Source: an uncultured Acidobacteriota bacterium
GTDB lineage: Bacteria; Acidobacteriota; Vicinamibacteria; Fen-336
Reading direction: 5' to 3'
NCBI GenBank assembly: GCA_902826455.1
Contig: CADEEV010000006.1
Location: 44,013 to 108,012 of the forward strand
DNA: 64,000 bases
Shown here: piece by piece, positions 28,060 to 36,655 of the stretch
Numbering within the stretch: position 1 is the stretch's first letter
Layout of the letters: every line of letters begins with the position of its first letter
The notes under the pieces: generated by a model
Databases searched by the model: none
Seen by the model: the letters and a program-made list of their open reading frames with translations, nothing else
Told to the model about the DNA's origin: nothing
Made by a program: the position numbers and the translations under genes

Positions 28060-29397
28060 CTAGAAGGACGGGCTGAAGCGGACCACGAACTTGGCTCCCT
28101 CGTCGCCCCAGGCGAAGTCGGCCCGCAGCATCGTGGTCTCGTGGGTCTTGAAGCGCAGACCGATGCCGCCGTCGGTCCGGAACGGGCCGAGGCCGTCCCC
28201 GCGCGTGGCCGCGACGGCGGCCGAGTCGACGAAGGCCGCGAGCTCGATGGCCGGCGACGCCTCCCAGCGGTACTCCGCCTGCAGCACGGCGAGGCGCTCG
28301 CCGCGGTAGCGCTGGCTGGCGAACGCGCGCAGGCTGTGGCTGCCGCCGACGTAGGCGAGCAGGTAGAACGGCACGCGGCCGTCCCCCTCGGGATCGTCCT
28401 GCGACCCGTAGGCGCGCAGGGCCAGGACCCGCTGCGGATGGCCGAGGCTCACGTACAGCCGGGCGTCGGCCGAGAGGCGGCTGAAGCCGCCCTGGGCTCC
28501 GCTGCCCCGCGGGTCGTAGCGCTCCCACTCGGCGGCGAGCACGCCGCCGCGGTGGGGGTTGCGCGCGACGTCGCGGGCGTCGTAGATGGCGGCGACGCTG
28601 GTGCGGAGGAAGTCGGGCTGCTCCGCGTAGCCCGGCACGCGGGTCACGTCGAACACCTCGCCCAGGTTCGGGAGCTTGTCGTCGGTCCCCACGCCGACCG
28701 TGTTGGAGTCGAGGCCGAGGCGCGCCGTCACGCTCAGCCGCGGCAGGATCCGGTAGCCGGCGACGCCCTCGACGAGGCGCTCCTGCAGGCGGAAGTCGGA
28801 CTGGTCGGCGCGCAGCGCATCGGGACCGATGCCGAAGAAGTCGTACTTCGGCGACCAGCGGTAGAGGAACGAGCCGTAGAGCGTGAAGGGCACGTCGTCG
28901 TCCTGCCGCACGTTCACGAACTCGAAGACGTCGTCGCTCCGCGTCGCCATGAGGGGAAACGCCTTGCCGCGGTGCGGCAGCACGCCGAGCTGGGCGTCGA
29001 AGTACTGGTAGCCCTGCAGCGACCAGAAGGCGGAGCCGCTCACGTCGAAGCGCGAGGCGCCCACGTCGGGCCGCCACAGGCGCACGCCCCCCGCGTACTG
29101 CGAGCGGTGGTCGACGGACTGGATGCGCGGGTAGAAGCCGAACAGGTTGAGGGCGAAGATCGACGGCCGCTCGGCCTTCTCGAAGGCGAGGATCTGTCCC
29201 TCGATGAAGCTGGGGTCGTAGGGCTTCACCTCGGCGCACTTGGCCTTGCGCTTCTCGATCCACTGGCTCTCGCGGGGGCCGATCTCGAGACCGTCCGTGG
29301 ACGCGCACTCCGCGGCCGCCAGGGGCGCCGGCTTCGTCTCCTCGCCAACCGCCGGCACGGCGAGGAGCAGGCCGAGCCACAGCAGGCGCAGGGTCAC
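28060..29397 (-). CDS. Omp85/BamA-TamA family beta-barrel without evident POTRA domains
   Basis: GTG 29397 overlaps the ppk2 stop. Signal peptide; YVGGSHSLRAF loop-6-like motif; GGIGLRF; C-terminal Phe (RFSPSF). Confidence 0.8.
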   Translation of the reverse strand: MTLRLLWLGLLLAVPAVGEETKPAPLAAAECASTDGLEIGPRESQWIEKRKAKCAEVKPYDPSFIEGQILAFEKAERPSIFALNLFGFYPRIQSVDHRSQYAGGVRLWRPDVGASRFDVSGSAFWSLQGYQYFDAQLGVLPHRGKAFPLMATRSDDVFEFVNVRQDDDVPFTLYGSFLYRWSPKYDFFGIGPDALRADQSDFRLQERLVEGVAGYRILPRLSVTARLGLDSNTVGVGTDDKLPNLGEVFDVTRVPGYAEQPDFLRTSVAAIYDARDVARNPHRGGVLAAEWERYDPRGSGAQGGFSRLSADARLYVSLGHPQRVLALRAYGSQDDPEGDGRVPFYLLAYVGGSHSLRAFASQRYRGERLAVLQAEYRWEASPAIELAAFVDSAAVAATRGDGLGPFRTDGGIGLRFKTHETTMLRADFAWGDEGAKFVVRFSPSF

Positions 29398-30302
29398 GCG
29401 TCCTCGCGCGCGGGCTTGTCCTTGCCTTCGCCCTCGAGGACGGCGCGCGCCAGCTCGAGCTCCTTGCGCTTGCTCTCGTCGACGACCGGGTAGTGCAGGT
29501 CGAGGGACTCGAGGGCGTCGATGACCGCGGCGGCCACCACGAGGCGCGTGAACCACTTGTGATCGGCGGGCACCACGTACCAGGGCGCGTGGGGCGTCGC
29601 CGTCGCGCGGATCATCTCCTCGTACGCGTGCATGTACTCCTTCCAGTGGCCGCGCTCCTTGGCGTCGCCCGCGGAGAACTTCCAGTTCTTCTCGGGCTCG
29701 TCGAGGCGCTTCAGGAAGCGCTTCTTCTGCTCCTTCTTCGACACGTTGAGGAAGAACTTGCGGATCGCATAGCCGTTCCTGGAGAAGTAGCGCTCGAAGG
29801 CGTTGATGTCCTCGAAGCGCTTGCTCCAGATGTCCTCGTCCACGACGGACGGCGGCAGCCGCTGCCCCTGCAGGTACTCCGGGTGGACGCGGACGACCAG
29901 CGTCTCCTCGTAGTAGGAGCGGTTGAAGATCCCGATCCGGCCGCGCTCGGGCAGGCTCTTCGCGGTCCGCCACATGAAGTCGTGGTCGAGCTCCTCCGAC
30001 GACGGCTGCTTGAACGAGTACACCTGGCAGCCCTGGGGGTTGATGCCGGACATCACGTGCTTGATGACGCCGTCCTTGCCCGCCGCGTCCATGGCCTGGA
30101 ACACGAGCAGCAGCCCCCAGTGGTCCTGGGCGTAGAGCACGTCCTGCAGCTCGCACAGCCGCGTGACGCCCGCCTTCAGCAGGTCGGCCGCCTCGTCCTT
30201 CGAGGCGATGTCGCCCGTGTCGCCCGGGTCGTGGTCCTTCAACCGGAACTTGCGCCCGTCGTCGATCCGGAACGGCTTCGAGAGCTGCTTCGCGATCTTC
30301 AT
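29394..30302 (-). CDS. ppk2: Polyphosphate kinase 2 family protein, class III-like
   Basis: FQAMDAAGKDG Walker A region, FKQPS, DFMWR, IFNRSYYE, KFFLNVSK, WKFSAGD, and PWYVVPADHKW. Confidence 0.93.
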   Translation of the reverse strand: MKIAKQLSKPFRIDDGRKFRLKDHDPGDTGDIASKDEAADLLKAGVTRLCELQDVLYAQDHWGLLLVFQAMDAAGKDGVIKHVMSGINPQGCQVYSFKQPSSEELDHDFMWRTAKSLPERGRIGIFNRSYYEETLVVRVHPEYLQGQRLPPSVVDEDIWSKRFEDINAFERYFSRNGYAIRKFFLNVSKKEQKKRFLKRLDEPEKNWKFSAGDAKERGHWKEYMHAYEEMIRATATPHAPWYVVPADHKWFTRLVVAAAVIDALESLDLHYPVVDESKRKELELARAVLEGEGKDKPAREDA

Positions 30303-31645
30303 CGTCCGTCGCCGGCCTGGGCTGCCTGCATGCGGCGGCGGTTCTCGGGCGAGAGGCGGCTCACGACGAGCAGCCAGAGCGCGGCCAGCCCGACGTTGAC
30401 GGCGGCGAACACGGGCACGGCGAAGCCCGCGGCCTGGCCCACGAAGACGAGGCCGGCCGAGAGCACGTCGCCGGAACGCATGAAGAAGGAGTCCACCGCT
30501 TGCTTGGCTTTGTACTTCGATTCGCGGCTCGTCGGCAACCACAGCGCCTGCTTGAGGGTGTTGTTGAGGGAGTAGTCCGTGGCGTTGTCGAGGACCTTGA
30601 GCGAGCGCACGAGGCCCAGGGACGGTGCTGCGATCATGCTCACGTAGCCGCCCACCGCGATCAGGGGGTGGACGAAGAGCGCGCCGCCCACGCCGAGCAC
30701 CTTGATGACGCGGCTCACGGCGAGCATCTGCATCAGGAAGCCGAGGCCGTTCACCCAGGCGAAGAAGCTGCCGTAGAACCCGCTCATGAACTTCTGGCGC
30801 TCGGTCCGCGACGCCTCCTCGATGCCGTAGAGGGCGCCCGCCTGGGCCTGGGCCATGCTGCTCAGCAGGTACTCGCCCGTGGTGTTCACGACGTTCAGCA
30901 GGATCGTGAGGACCGCGATCAGCATCAGGTAGCGGTCCTTGAAGATGAGCTCGAAGCCGCCCTCCTTGCCCAGCGGCTGGTCGGCCTCCTTCGCCTTGGC
31001 CCCGCTCTGCCGGCTCACCTGGAAGCCGTTCGCCACCCGCGTCACGCCCACGCAGGCCACCAGGATGCCCGCGGCCACGAGCATGAGCGCGTAGGGGCCC
31101 ACGCTGCGGCCGAGCTGCCCGGCGTAGAGCGAGCCGATCCAGGCGCCGAGGCTGCTGCCGACACCCACGATCGCCAGCAGGCGCTTGCCCTGCTCGGCGG
31201 TGAGCAGGTCGTTCGCGAAGGCCCACAGCTGCGAGATCGCCATGACGTTGAAGATTCCGACCCAGACGAAGAACACGAGGCCGAGGTGGACGCCGGTGCG
31301 GGCGAGCAGGAAGAAGACGAGCACGTTGCTCGCGAAGAAAAGCGTGACCCACGTGATGAGCGCGACCCGATTCACCCGCGACGCCAGGGCGCCGAAGGCC
31401 GGCACGAGGCCCAGGAGCAGCAGGGCCTGGCCGGCCGACGCGTAGGTCTTGGTGGCGGCCGTGACCTCGGTGAGGATCAACGCCTCGCGCACGGTCTTCA
31501 GCAGGTAGTAGGCCGACAGCACCAGGAACAGGTTGAGGGCGAGCAGCAGCACCACGGGCCCCTCGCCCGCCTTGACGTCCGCGATGAGGGACAGGCCCCT
31601 GTCGAGGGCCGACTTGCGGGGCTCGGCCGGGACGGCGTCGGTCAT
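30299..31645 (-). CDS. Npt1/Npt2 (TLC, ATP/ADP-type) nucleotide exchange transporter
   Basis: About 12 TM segments; YYLLKTVREAL, FFVWVGIF...QLWAFANDL and KYKAKQAVD...RSGD. Stop overlaps the ppk2 ATG. Confidence 0.85.
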   Translation of the reverse strand: MTDAVPAEPRKSALDRGLSLIADVKAGEGPVVLLLALNLFLVLSAYYLLKTVREALILTEVTAATKTYASAGQALLLLGLVPAFGALASRVNRVALITWVTLFFASNVLVFFLLARTGVHLGLVFFVWVGIFNVMAISQLWAFANDLLTAEQGKRLLAIVGVGSSLGAWIGSLYAGQLGRSVGPYALMLVAAGILVACVGVTRVANGFQVSRQSGAKAKEADQPLGKEGGFELIFKDRYLMLIAVLTILLNVVNTTGEYLLSSMAQAQAGALYGIEEASRTERQKFMSGFYGSFFAWVNGLGFLMQMLAVSRVIKVLGVGGALFVHPLIAVGGYVSMIAAPSLGLVRSLKVLDNATDYSLNNTLKQALWLPTSRESKYKAKQAVDSFFMRSGDVLSAGLVFVGQAAGFAVPVFAAVNVGLAALWLLVVSRLSPENRRRMQAAQAGDGR

Positions 31646-31655
31646 CTCGATCTCC

Positions 31656-34190
31656 TCAGAAGGCGAAGCCCCCCTTGAAGTAGACCAGATTTTCCTCGTC
31701 GCTGTGAGCGACGCCGAAGCTCACGACGCTGCGGTCGTTCAGGAACGAGAGCCAGAGTCCGCCGCCGACCGACGTGTGCCAGCTGTCGGAGTCCTCGCCG
31801 CCGAGCCAGACGCGGCCCGCGTCGGCGGAGCCCACGAGACCCCAGGTGCCCGGCAGCACGAGGCGCATCCGCGACAGCTTGAGACGCAGGTCGGCGTTCG
31901 CGAAGGCCGAGGCGTCTCCCGAGAAGCGGCCGCTGCGGAAGCCCCGCAGCGTGTCCGAGGGATCGGCGAAGCTGCCCATCTCGAAGCCGCCGGCGCCGAG
32001 GGTGGCCGCCTCGTGGAACGGGTACGTGCCGAACACCTTGGCGCCGCCCGCGCGCACGGCCAGCGTGACGGCCTTGCCGGCGGAGAGGTAGCCGCGCGCC
32101 TCGGCGCTGGCCCTGCCGAACGTCTCCTCGACGTCCCAGGCCTTCGGGAACACGACGCCCCGCACCGCCAGCAGCCCGCCCTTGCGCGGGAACAGCACGG
32201 AATCGCGGCCGTCCGCCACGAGCGCCGCGTAGGCGCCCACCTCGCCGAAGCCCTCGATGCCGTAGGGCTTCACCGCCTGGATGTACTGGTCCTTGTCCTC
32301 CTCGGTCTCCGTGTACTTGAGGAGCGGCCCGAGCGTCAGGCTCAGCTTGCCCGCGAACGGCACCGTGAAGGCCGGCAGGAAGAGCGCCTGGTTGGCCGAC
32401 ACCTTGAAGAAGTCCCTGTCGCGGTCGTTGCGGCTCTCGTTGCCGAAGCCGTAGAAGCGGAGCACGTCGACGCCGGAGCCGTAGACCTGGAGCGTCCAGA
32501 ACGAGCGCCGGTTCTCGCGATGGAACTCGCCGAGGTAGTCGAGACGGCCGCTCTTCTCGCCGAACGCGTAGCCGCCGCGGATCACCTGGCGGCTCGCGTA
32601 GGGATCCTTGCGGAAGCCGAAATGGCGCGTCTCGATGCCGGCCCCGACGAACACGCCGAGGTCGGCGCCATAGCTGAGCCACGGCAGCGTCCAGGTCTCG
32701 CTGCCCCAGTCCCGCGGCGGGATCCAGGGAGCCGTCCGCGGCGGGGGCGGCGGCGTGTAGGTCCGCGTGTCGTCGGAAGCGCCGACGGCCCTGTTCTGGC
32801 CCGAGGCGTCGGACAGCTTCGCGTGGGTTCCCCCGCTCGCCTCGAGGCTGTCGTTGCCGGAGCCGCCCAGCAGCCTCACGCGGATGCCGCTGTCGCCGGT
32901 CACGACGGCCGTGTCGTTGCCGCCCAGGGCGTACACGCGGATCTCCTGGGTCTCGCCGCGATGGAACACGCGCGTGAACGTCGGCTCGCCGCCCTCGGGC
33001 CGCACCGTGACCGTCAGGTTCGTGCCGTCGCCGCGCGCCTCGATGCGCTCGCTCGCGTCGCTGAGGTAGACGTCGGCGCGGTCGTTGATGTGCAGGTAGA
33101 ACCTGTCGGCGATCGCGGCGAGGCCGTCGCGGCGTGCCCTCAGGGCCTTCACGAGGCGGGGCCCGTCGACCGCGTACCACTCGGCCGGCATGGCGCGGGC
33201 GGCGTTCTCGATCACGGCGTCGGTGAAGGCGGCCTGCAGCGCGGACGCCGTGGCGCGGAAGTCGTCGCGCGTGAGCCGCACGAGGAGCCGGCGGTCCTGC
33301 TCCCAGCCGTTGTAGGTGAGTCCGCCGATCGACGCGTAGTCCGGCGTCAGCTTCTGGAAGCGCGGGTCGCGGCCCCGTCCGAAGTCGGGCACGAGACCCT
33401 CGTAGCGCGAGAAGGCCTGGTCGCGGTCCTCGGGCACCGGCTTCCACTGGGCGCTGCCGGGGAACCGCGCCCAGCGCCACTGCTTGCGGTGGCGATCCCA
33501 GTCGCCCATGAACACGTCGACGAGCCGCGCGCGCAGCAGCGCCTGGACGTCGCCGCTCTCGGGCGTCGCGCTCTCGAGACGCTTGTAGAACTCCAGGTGG
33601 TCGATGATCTCGGTGAGGCCCCAGGTCCCGCCGCCAGGCGCGGCGCTCGGATACTCGGCGAACACGCCGATCGCGCCCGCGAAGTCCTTCCGGAAGTCGC
33701 CGAGAGCCGCGTCGTCGGGCATCACCACGAGACGCCACGGCGGGCAGGGCACGCCGGCCGCGTCGAGCAGCACGCGGGCGATCACCTCGCTCGCGGGATG
33801 CTGCGCCGCCATCTGGTCCTGGAGGATGCGCTCGACGACGGTGCCCTTGAGATCCTCCTCGAGCAGCGCCGAGGGATCCTTGTCGAGGCCGCGGAACGTG
33901 TAGCTGCGCCCGTCGCGTCCCTTGAGGGCGAGGCCCTTCGTCTGCTGGCCGCCCACGCGGCGCACGGGTGCGAGGCCGCCCGCCTCCTTCGCGAGGTCGA
34001 GCACCTCGAACGTCGCCGGAGCCGTCCACAGCTCGCGGTAGTCGTCGCCCCAGAACAGCCTGTGGGCGCCGCTCGCGGCGTACTGGGGGTCCGCCACGAG
34101 GGTGCGGTTCTCGGCGCGCCCGGCGGGGGCTCCGAGGATCAGCAGCAGGGCGCAGAGGGACCACTCGGGAACCGACGCTTGGCTCTTCAT
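31656..34190 (-). CDS. Atypical kinase-like domain fused to a C-terminal Omp85 barrel
   Basis: Signal peptide; [24 protein letters not shown] and PEDRDQAF; GGND/GGSGND repeats; barrel with TLRGF motif and C-terminal KGGFAF. Confidence 0.8.
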   Translation of the reverse strand: MKSQASVPEWSLCALLLILGAPAGRAENRTLVADPQYAASGAHRLFWGDDYRELWTAPATFEVLDLAKEAGGLAPVRRVGGQQTKGLALKGRDGRSYTFRGLDKDPSALLEEDLKGTVVERILQDQMAAQHPASEVIARVLLDAAGVPCPPWRLVVMPDDAALGDFRKDFAGAIGVFAEYPSAAPGGGTWGLTEIIDHLEFYKRLESATPESGDVQALLRARLVDVFMGDWDRHRKQWRWARFPGSAQWKPVPEDRDQAFSRYEGLVPDFGRGRDPRFQKLTPDYASIGGLTYNGWEQDRRLLVRLTRDDFRATASALQAAFTDAVIENAARAMPAEWYAVDGPRLVKALRARRDGLAAIADRFYLHINDRADVYLSDASERIEARGDGTNLTVTVRPEGGEPTFTRVFHRGETQEIRVYALGGNDTAVVTGDSGIRVRLLGGSGNDSLEASGGTHAKLSDASGQNRAVGASDDTRTYTPPPPPRTAPWIPPRDWGSETWTLPWLSYGADLGVFVGAGIETRHFGFRKDPYASRQVIRGGYAFGEKSGRLDYLGEFHRENRRSFWTLQVYGSGVDVLRFYGFGNESRNDRDRDFFKVSANQALFLPAFTVPFAGKLSLTLGPLLKYTETEEDKDQYIQAVKPYGIEGFGEVGAYAALVADGRDSVLFPRKGGLLAVRGVVFPKAWDVEETFGRASAEARGYLSAGKAVTLAVRAGGAKVFGTYPFHEAATLGAGGFEMGSFADPSDTLRGFRSGRFSGDASAFANADLRLKLSRMRLVLPGTWGLVGSADAGRVWLGGEDSDSWHTSVGGGLWLSFLNDRSVVSFGVAHSDEENLVYFKGGFAF

Positions 34191-34266
34191 GATGGCCAAT
34201 TTTGCGTCAGCCCGGTCCGCGAAAGCTATACTGCTTTCGAGTGGTTTTGACCCCACAGGAGATGCC

Positions 34267-35418
34267 ATGCGGGAAGCCGTGATCGTGAGCAGCGTGCGCA
34301 CCGCGGTCGGCAAGGCGCCGCGCGGGAGCCTGCGCGAGACGCGGCCCGACGATCTCGCCGGGCTCGCGATCCGCGGCGCCCTGGCGCGCGTCCCGCAGGT
34401 CGAGGCCGTGGACGTCGAGGACGTCGTCCTCGGCTGCGCGATGCCCGAGGCCGAGCAGGGCCTGAACGTGGCGCGGCAGGCCTCGTTCCTCGCCGGCATC
34501 CCCCACACGGCCGCGGCGATGACGATCAACCGCTACTGCTCCTCGGGCCTGAACGCGATCGCCCTCGGCGCCGCGACGATCCGCGCCGGTGAGGCGCGGG
34601 TGGTGGTGGCGGGCGGCGTCGAGTCGATGAGCCTGATCCCGATGGGCGGTCACAAGATCGCGCCCAACCCCACCCTCGTGGACACCTACCCCGACAGCTA
34701 CCTCGGCATGGGCATGACCGCCGAGCTGGTCGCGCAGAAATACGCGATCACCCGCGAGGACAGCGACGCCTTCGCGCTGGCGTCGCACGAGAAGGCGCTC
34801 GACGCGATCGCGGCCGGCCGCTTCAGGGACGAGATCGTGCCCGTGACGCTCGGGACGAACGGCACGAGCCGCGTGTTCGACACCGACGAGGGGCCCCGCG
34901 CCGACTCGACCCTCGACGCCCTGGCGAAGCTCAAGCCGGTGTTCGCGGCGCGCGGCGTCGTGACGGCGGGCAACACCTCCCAGACTTCGGACGGCGCTGC
35001 CGCGACGCTGCTCGTCTCCGACGAACGGGCCCGTGAGCTGGGGATAGCACCGCTCGCCCGCTTCGTCACCTATGCCGTCGCCGGCGTGCCTCCCGAGATC
35101 ATGGGGATCGGCCCGGTCGAAGCGATCCCCAAGGCCCTGAAGCAGGCCGGCCTCACGCTCGCGGACATCGACCTCTTCGAGCTCAACGAGGCGTTCGCGA
35201 CGCAGTCCCTCGCCGTGATCCGCAGCCTCGGCCTCGACCCGGACAGGGTGAACGTCAACGGCGGCGCGATCGCCCTCGGCCATCCCCTGGGCTGCACCGG
35301 CGCCAAGCTCACCGCCCAGCTCCTCCACGAGATGCATCGGCGCAAGGCCCGCTACGGCATGGTGACGATGTGCGTCGGCGGCGGCATGGGAGCGGCCGGC
35401 ATCTTCGAGCGGATGTAG
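34267..35418 (+). CDS. Acetyl-CoA C-acyltransferase (thiolase)
   Basis: INRYCSSG (catalytic Cys), NEAF, GHPLG and MCVGGGMG; ATG 34267 after AGGAG. Confidence 0.95.
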   Translation: MREAVIVSSVRTAVGKAPRGSLRETRPDDLAGLAIRGALARVPQVEAVDVEDVVLGCAMPEAEQGLNVARQASFLAGIPHTAAAMTINRYCSSGLNAIALGAATIRAGEARVVVAGGVESMSLIPMGGHKIAPNPTLVDTYPDSYLGMGMTAELVAQKYAITREDSDAFALASHEKALDAIAAGRFRDEIVPVTLGTNGTSRVFDTDEGPRADSTLDALAKLKPVFAARGVVTAGNTSQTSDGAAATLLVSDERARELGIAPLARFVTYAVAGVPPEIMGIGPVEAIPKALKQAGLTLADIDLFELNEAFATQSLAVIRSLGLDPDRVNVNGGAIALGHPLGCTGAKLTAQLLHEMHRRKARYGMVTMCVGGGMGAAGIFERM

Positions 35419-35458
35419 CGTCCTGGCCGCGCTGCGCGCCGTCCTCGTCCAGCTGGCC

Positions 35459-36511
35459 GTGTTCCTCGGCCTGCTGCTGCTCCTCGAAGGCGGCACGCGC
35501 CTCGCCGGCGTGCACTTCCCGGGCATCACCCGCCCGGAGCAGGAGCACGGCGGGCTCTGGGTCTACGACCGGACGAAGGGCTGGTTCCACAGGCGCGACG
35601 CGGCCGGCGCCTCGCCCCTCGGGGGTCCCGACGCCGCCTCGATCCGGACCAACGCCCTGGGACTGAGGGGCGGCCCGTGGCGCGACGCGAAGCCCGCCGC
35701 CACGCGGCGCGTCGTGGTGGTCGGCGATTCCTACGTGTTCGGCGTGGGTCTCGACGAGGAGCACACGCTCTCCGCGCGCCTGCAGCGCATGCTCTCGAAC
35801 GAGGGCCAGGCCTACGAGGTGGTGAACCTCGGCGTCGCGGGCTACTCGACCGACCAGGAGTACGTCCTGTTCCAGGAGCTCGCCGGGCGCCTCGCGCCCG
35901 ACGTCGTGGTGCTGGTGGTGTGCGACAACGACTTCGAGGGCAACACCCTCGACTTCGTGTACCGGCAGTACTACAAGCCGCGCTACGGGCTCGGGCCCGC
36001 AGGGACCCTCGTGCCGGATCTCGCCTTCGCCCCGGCCCTCACCGGCGCACAGCGCACGAAGCTGTGGCTGGGGCGGCACTCGAACGCCTGGAACATGGTG
36101 CGCAGCCGCGAGTCCCCGAGCCCCGGGGTGCAATCGGTGCTCGACCTGTTCCAGGTCGCGACGCCGCGCCACTCGGGCGACGATCCCGTGCGCCTGATGC
36201 TCGCCTTCGAGAAGGCCTTCCGCGACGCGGCCCAGGCCCGGGGCGCGTCCTTCGTGACTCTCAACACGGGACACGCCCGGGAGAACACGGGGCTCTACCA
36301 CGCGCTGCGGCCGCTGCTGCGCGAGGAAGGCATCGCGTTCCTCGGCATGGAGGGCGTGCTCGGCGCGGCCCGCACGCGCGAGCCCGGGCGCCACTGGGAC
36401 TTCGGCCACGACGCCCACTGGAACGTCGACGCGACGCGCCTCGTGGCCTCGGTGCTGACGGGCTACCTGCGCGGCGCGGTTGACGCGCGGCCGGTGGGTG
36501 ACTCACACTAG
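35459..36511 (+). CDS. Membrane-anchored SGNH/GDSL hydrolase
   Basis: VGDSYVFG, NLGVAGYS, DNDF and DAHWN blocks; N-terminal hydrophobic anchor. Start uncertain. Confidence 0.8.
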   Translation: MFLGLLLLLEGGTRLAGVHFPGITRPEQEHGGLWVYDRTKGWFHRRDAAGASPLGGPDAASIRTNALGLRGGPWRDAKPAATRRVVVVGDSYVFGVGLDEEHTLSARLQRMLSNEGQAYEVVNLGVAGYSTDQEYVLFQELAGRLAPDVVVLVVCDNDFEGNTLDFVYRQYYKPRYGLGPAGTLVPDLAFAPALTGAQRTKLWLGRHSNAWNMVRSRESPSPGVQSVLDLFQVATPRHSGDDPVRLMLAFEKAFRDAAQARGASFVTLNTGHARENTGLYHALRPLLREEGIAFLGMEGVLGAARTREPGRHWDFGHDAHWNVDATRLVASVLTGYLRGAVDARPVGDSH

Positions 36512-36520
36512 CGACGTCGG

Positions 36521-36596
36521 AGCCTAGGGGTGGCCGTTCGCGGCCTGAGATCAAACCCTCGAACCTGATCCGGTTGATACCGGCGTAGGGAAGGCG
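36521..36596 (+). ncRNA. TPP riboswitch aptamer
   Basis: GCCT-AGGGGTG...CTGAGA...ACCC-TC-GAACCTGATCCGGTTGATACCGGCGTAGGGA-AGGC contains the conserved TPP segments. P1 is GCCT (36522-36525) paired with AGGC (36592-36595). Confidence 0.93.
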
Positions 36597-36620
36597 AGAA
36601 GAAGACCCCCGATGGATCCG

Positions 36621-36649
36621 CTTCGATCGTCCCGCGTCGGGACGAGGAG
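36621..36649 (+). promoter_or_regulatory. Riboswitch expression platform: SD-sequestering hairpin
   Basis: TCGTCCC (36627-36633) pairs with GGGACGA (36639-36645), and CTTC (36621-36624) pairs with GGAG (36646-36649), covering the GAGGAGG SD of the ATG at 36656. Confidence 0.7.
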
Positions 36650-36655
36650 GCGATC

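Noticed and set aside
26432-31352. Apparent long fusions in ORFs 26432..29380, 28060..30156, 29394..31352 and 39895..42267
   Set aside because: Each has a junk N-terminal part in a frame overlapping the upstream gene. Separate starts with signal peptides or family N-termini and stop/start overlaps explain them.
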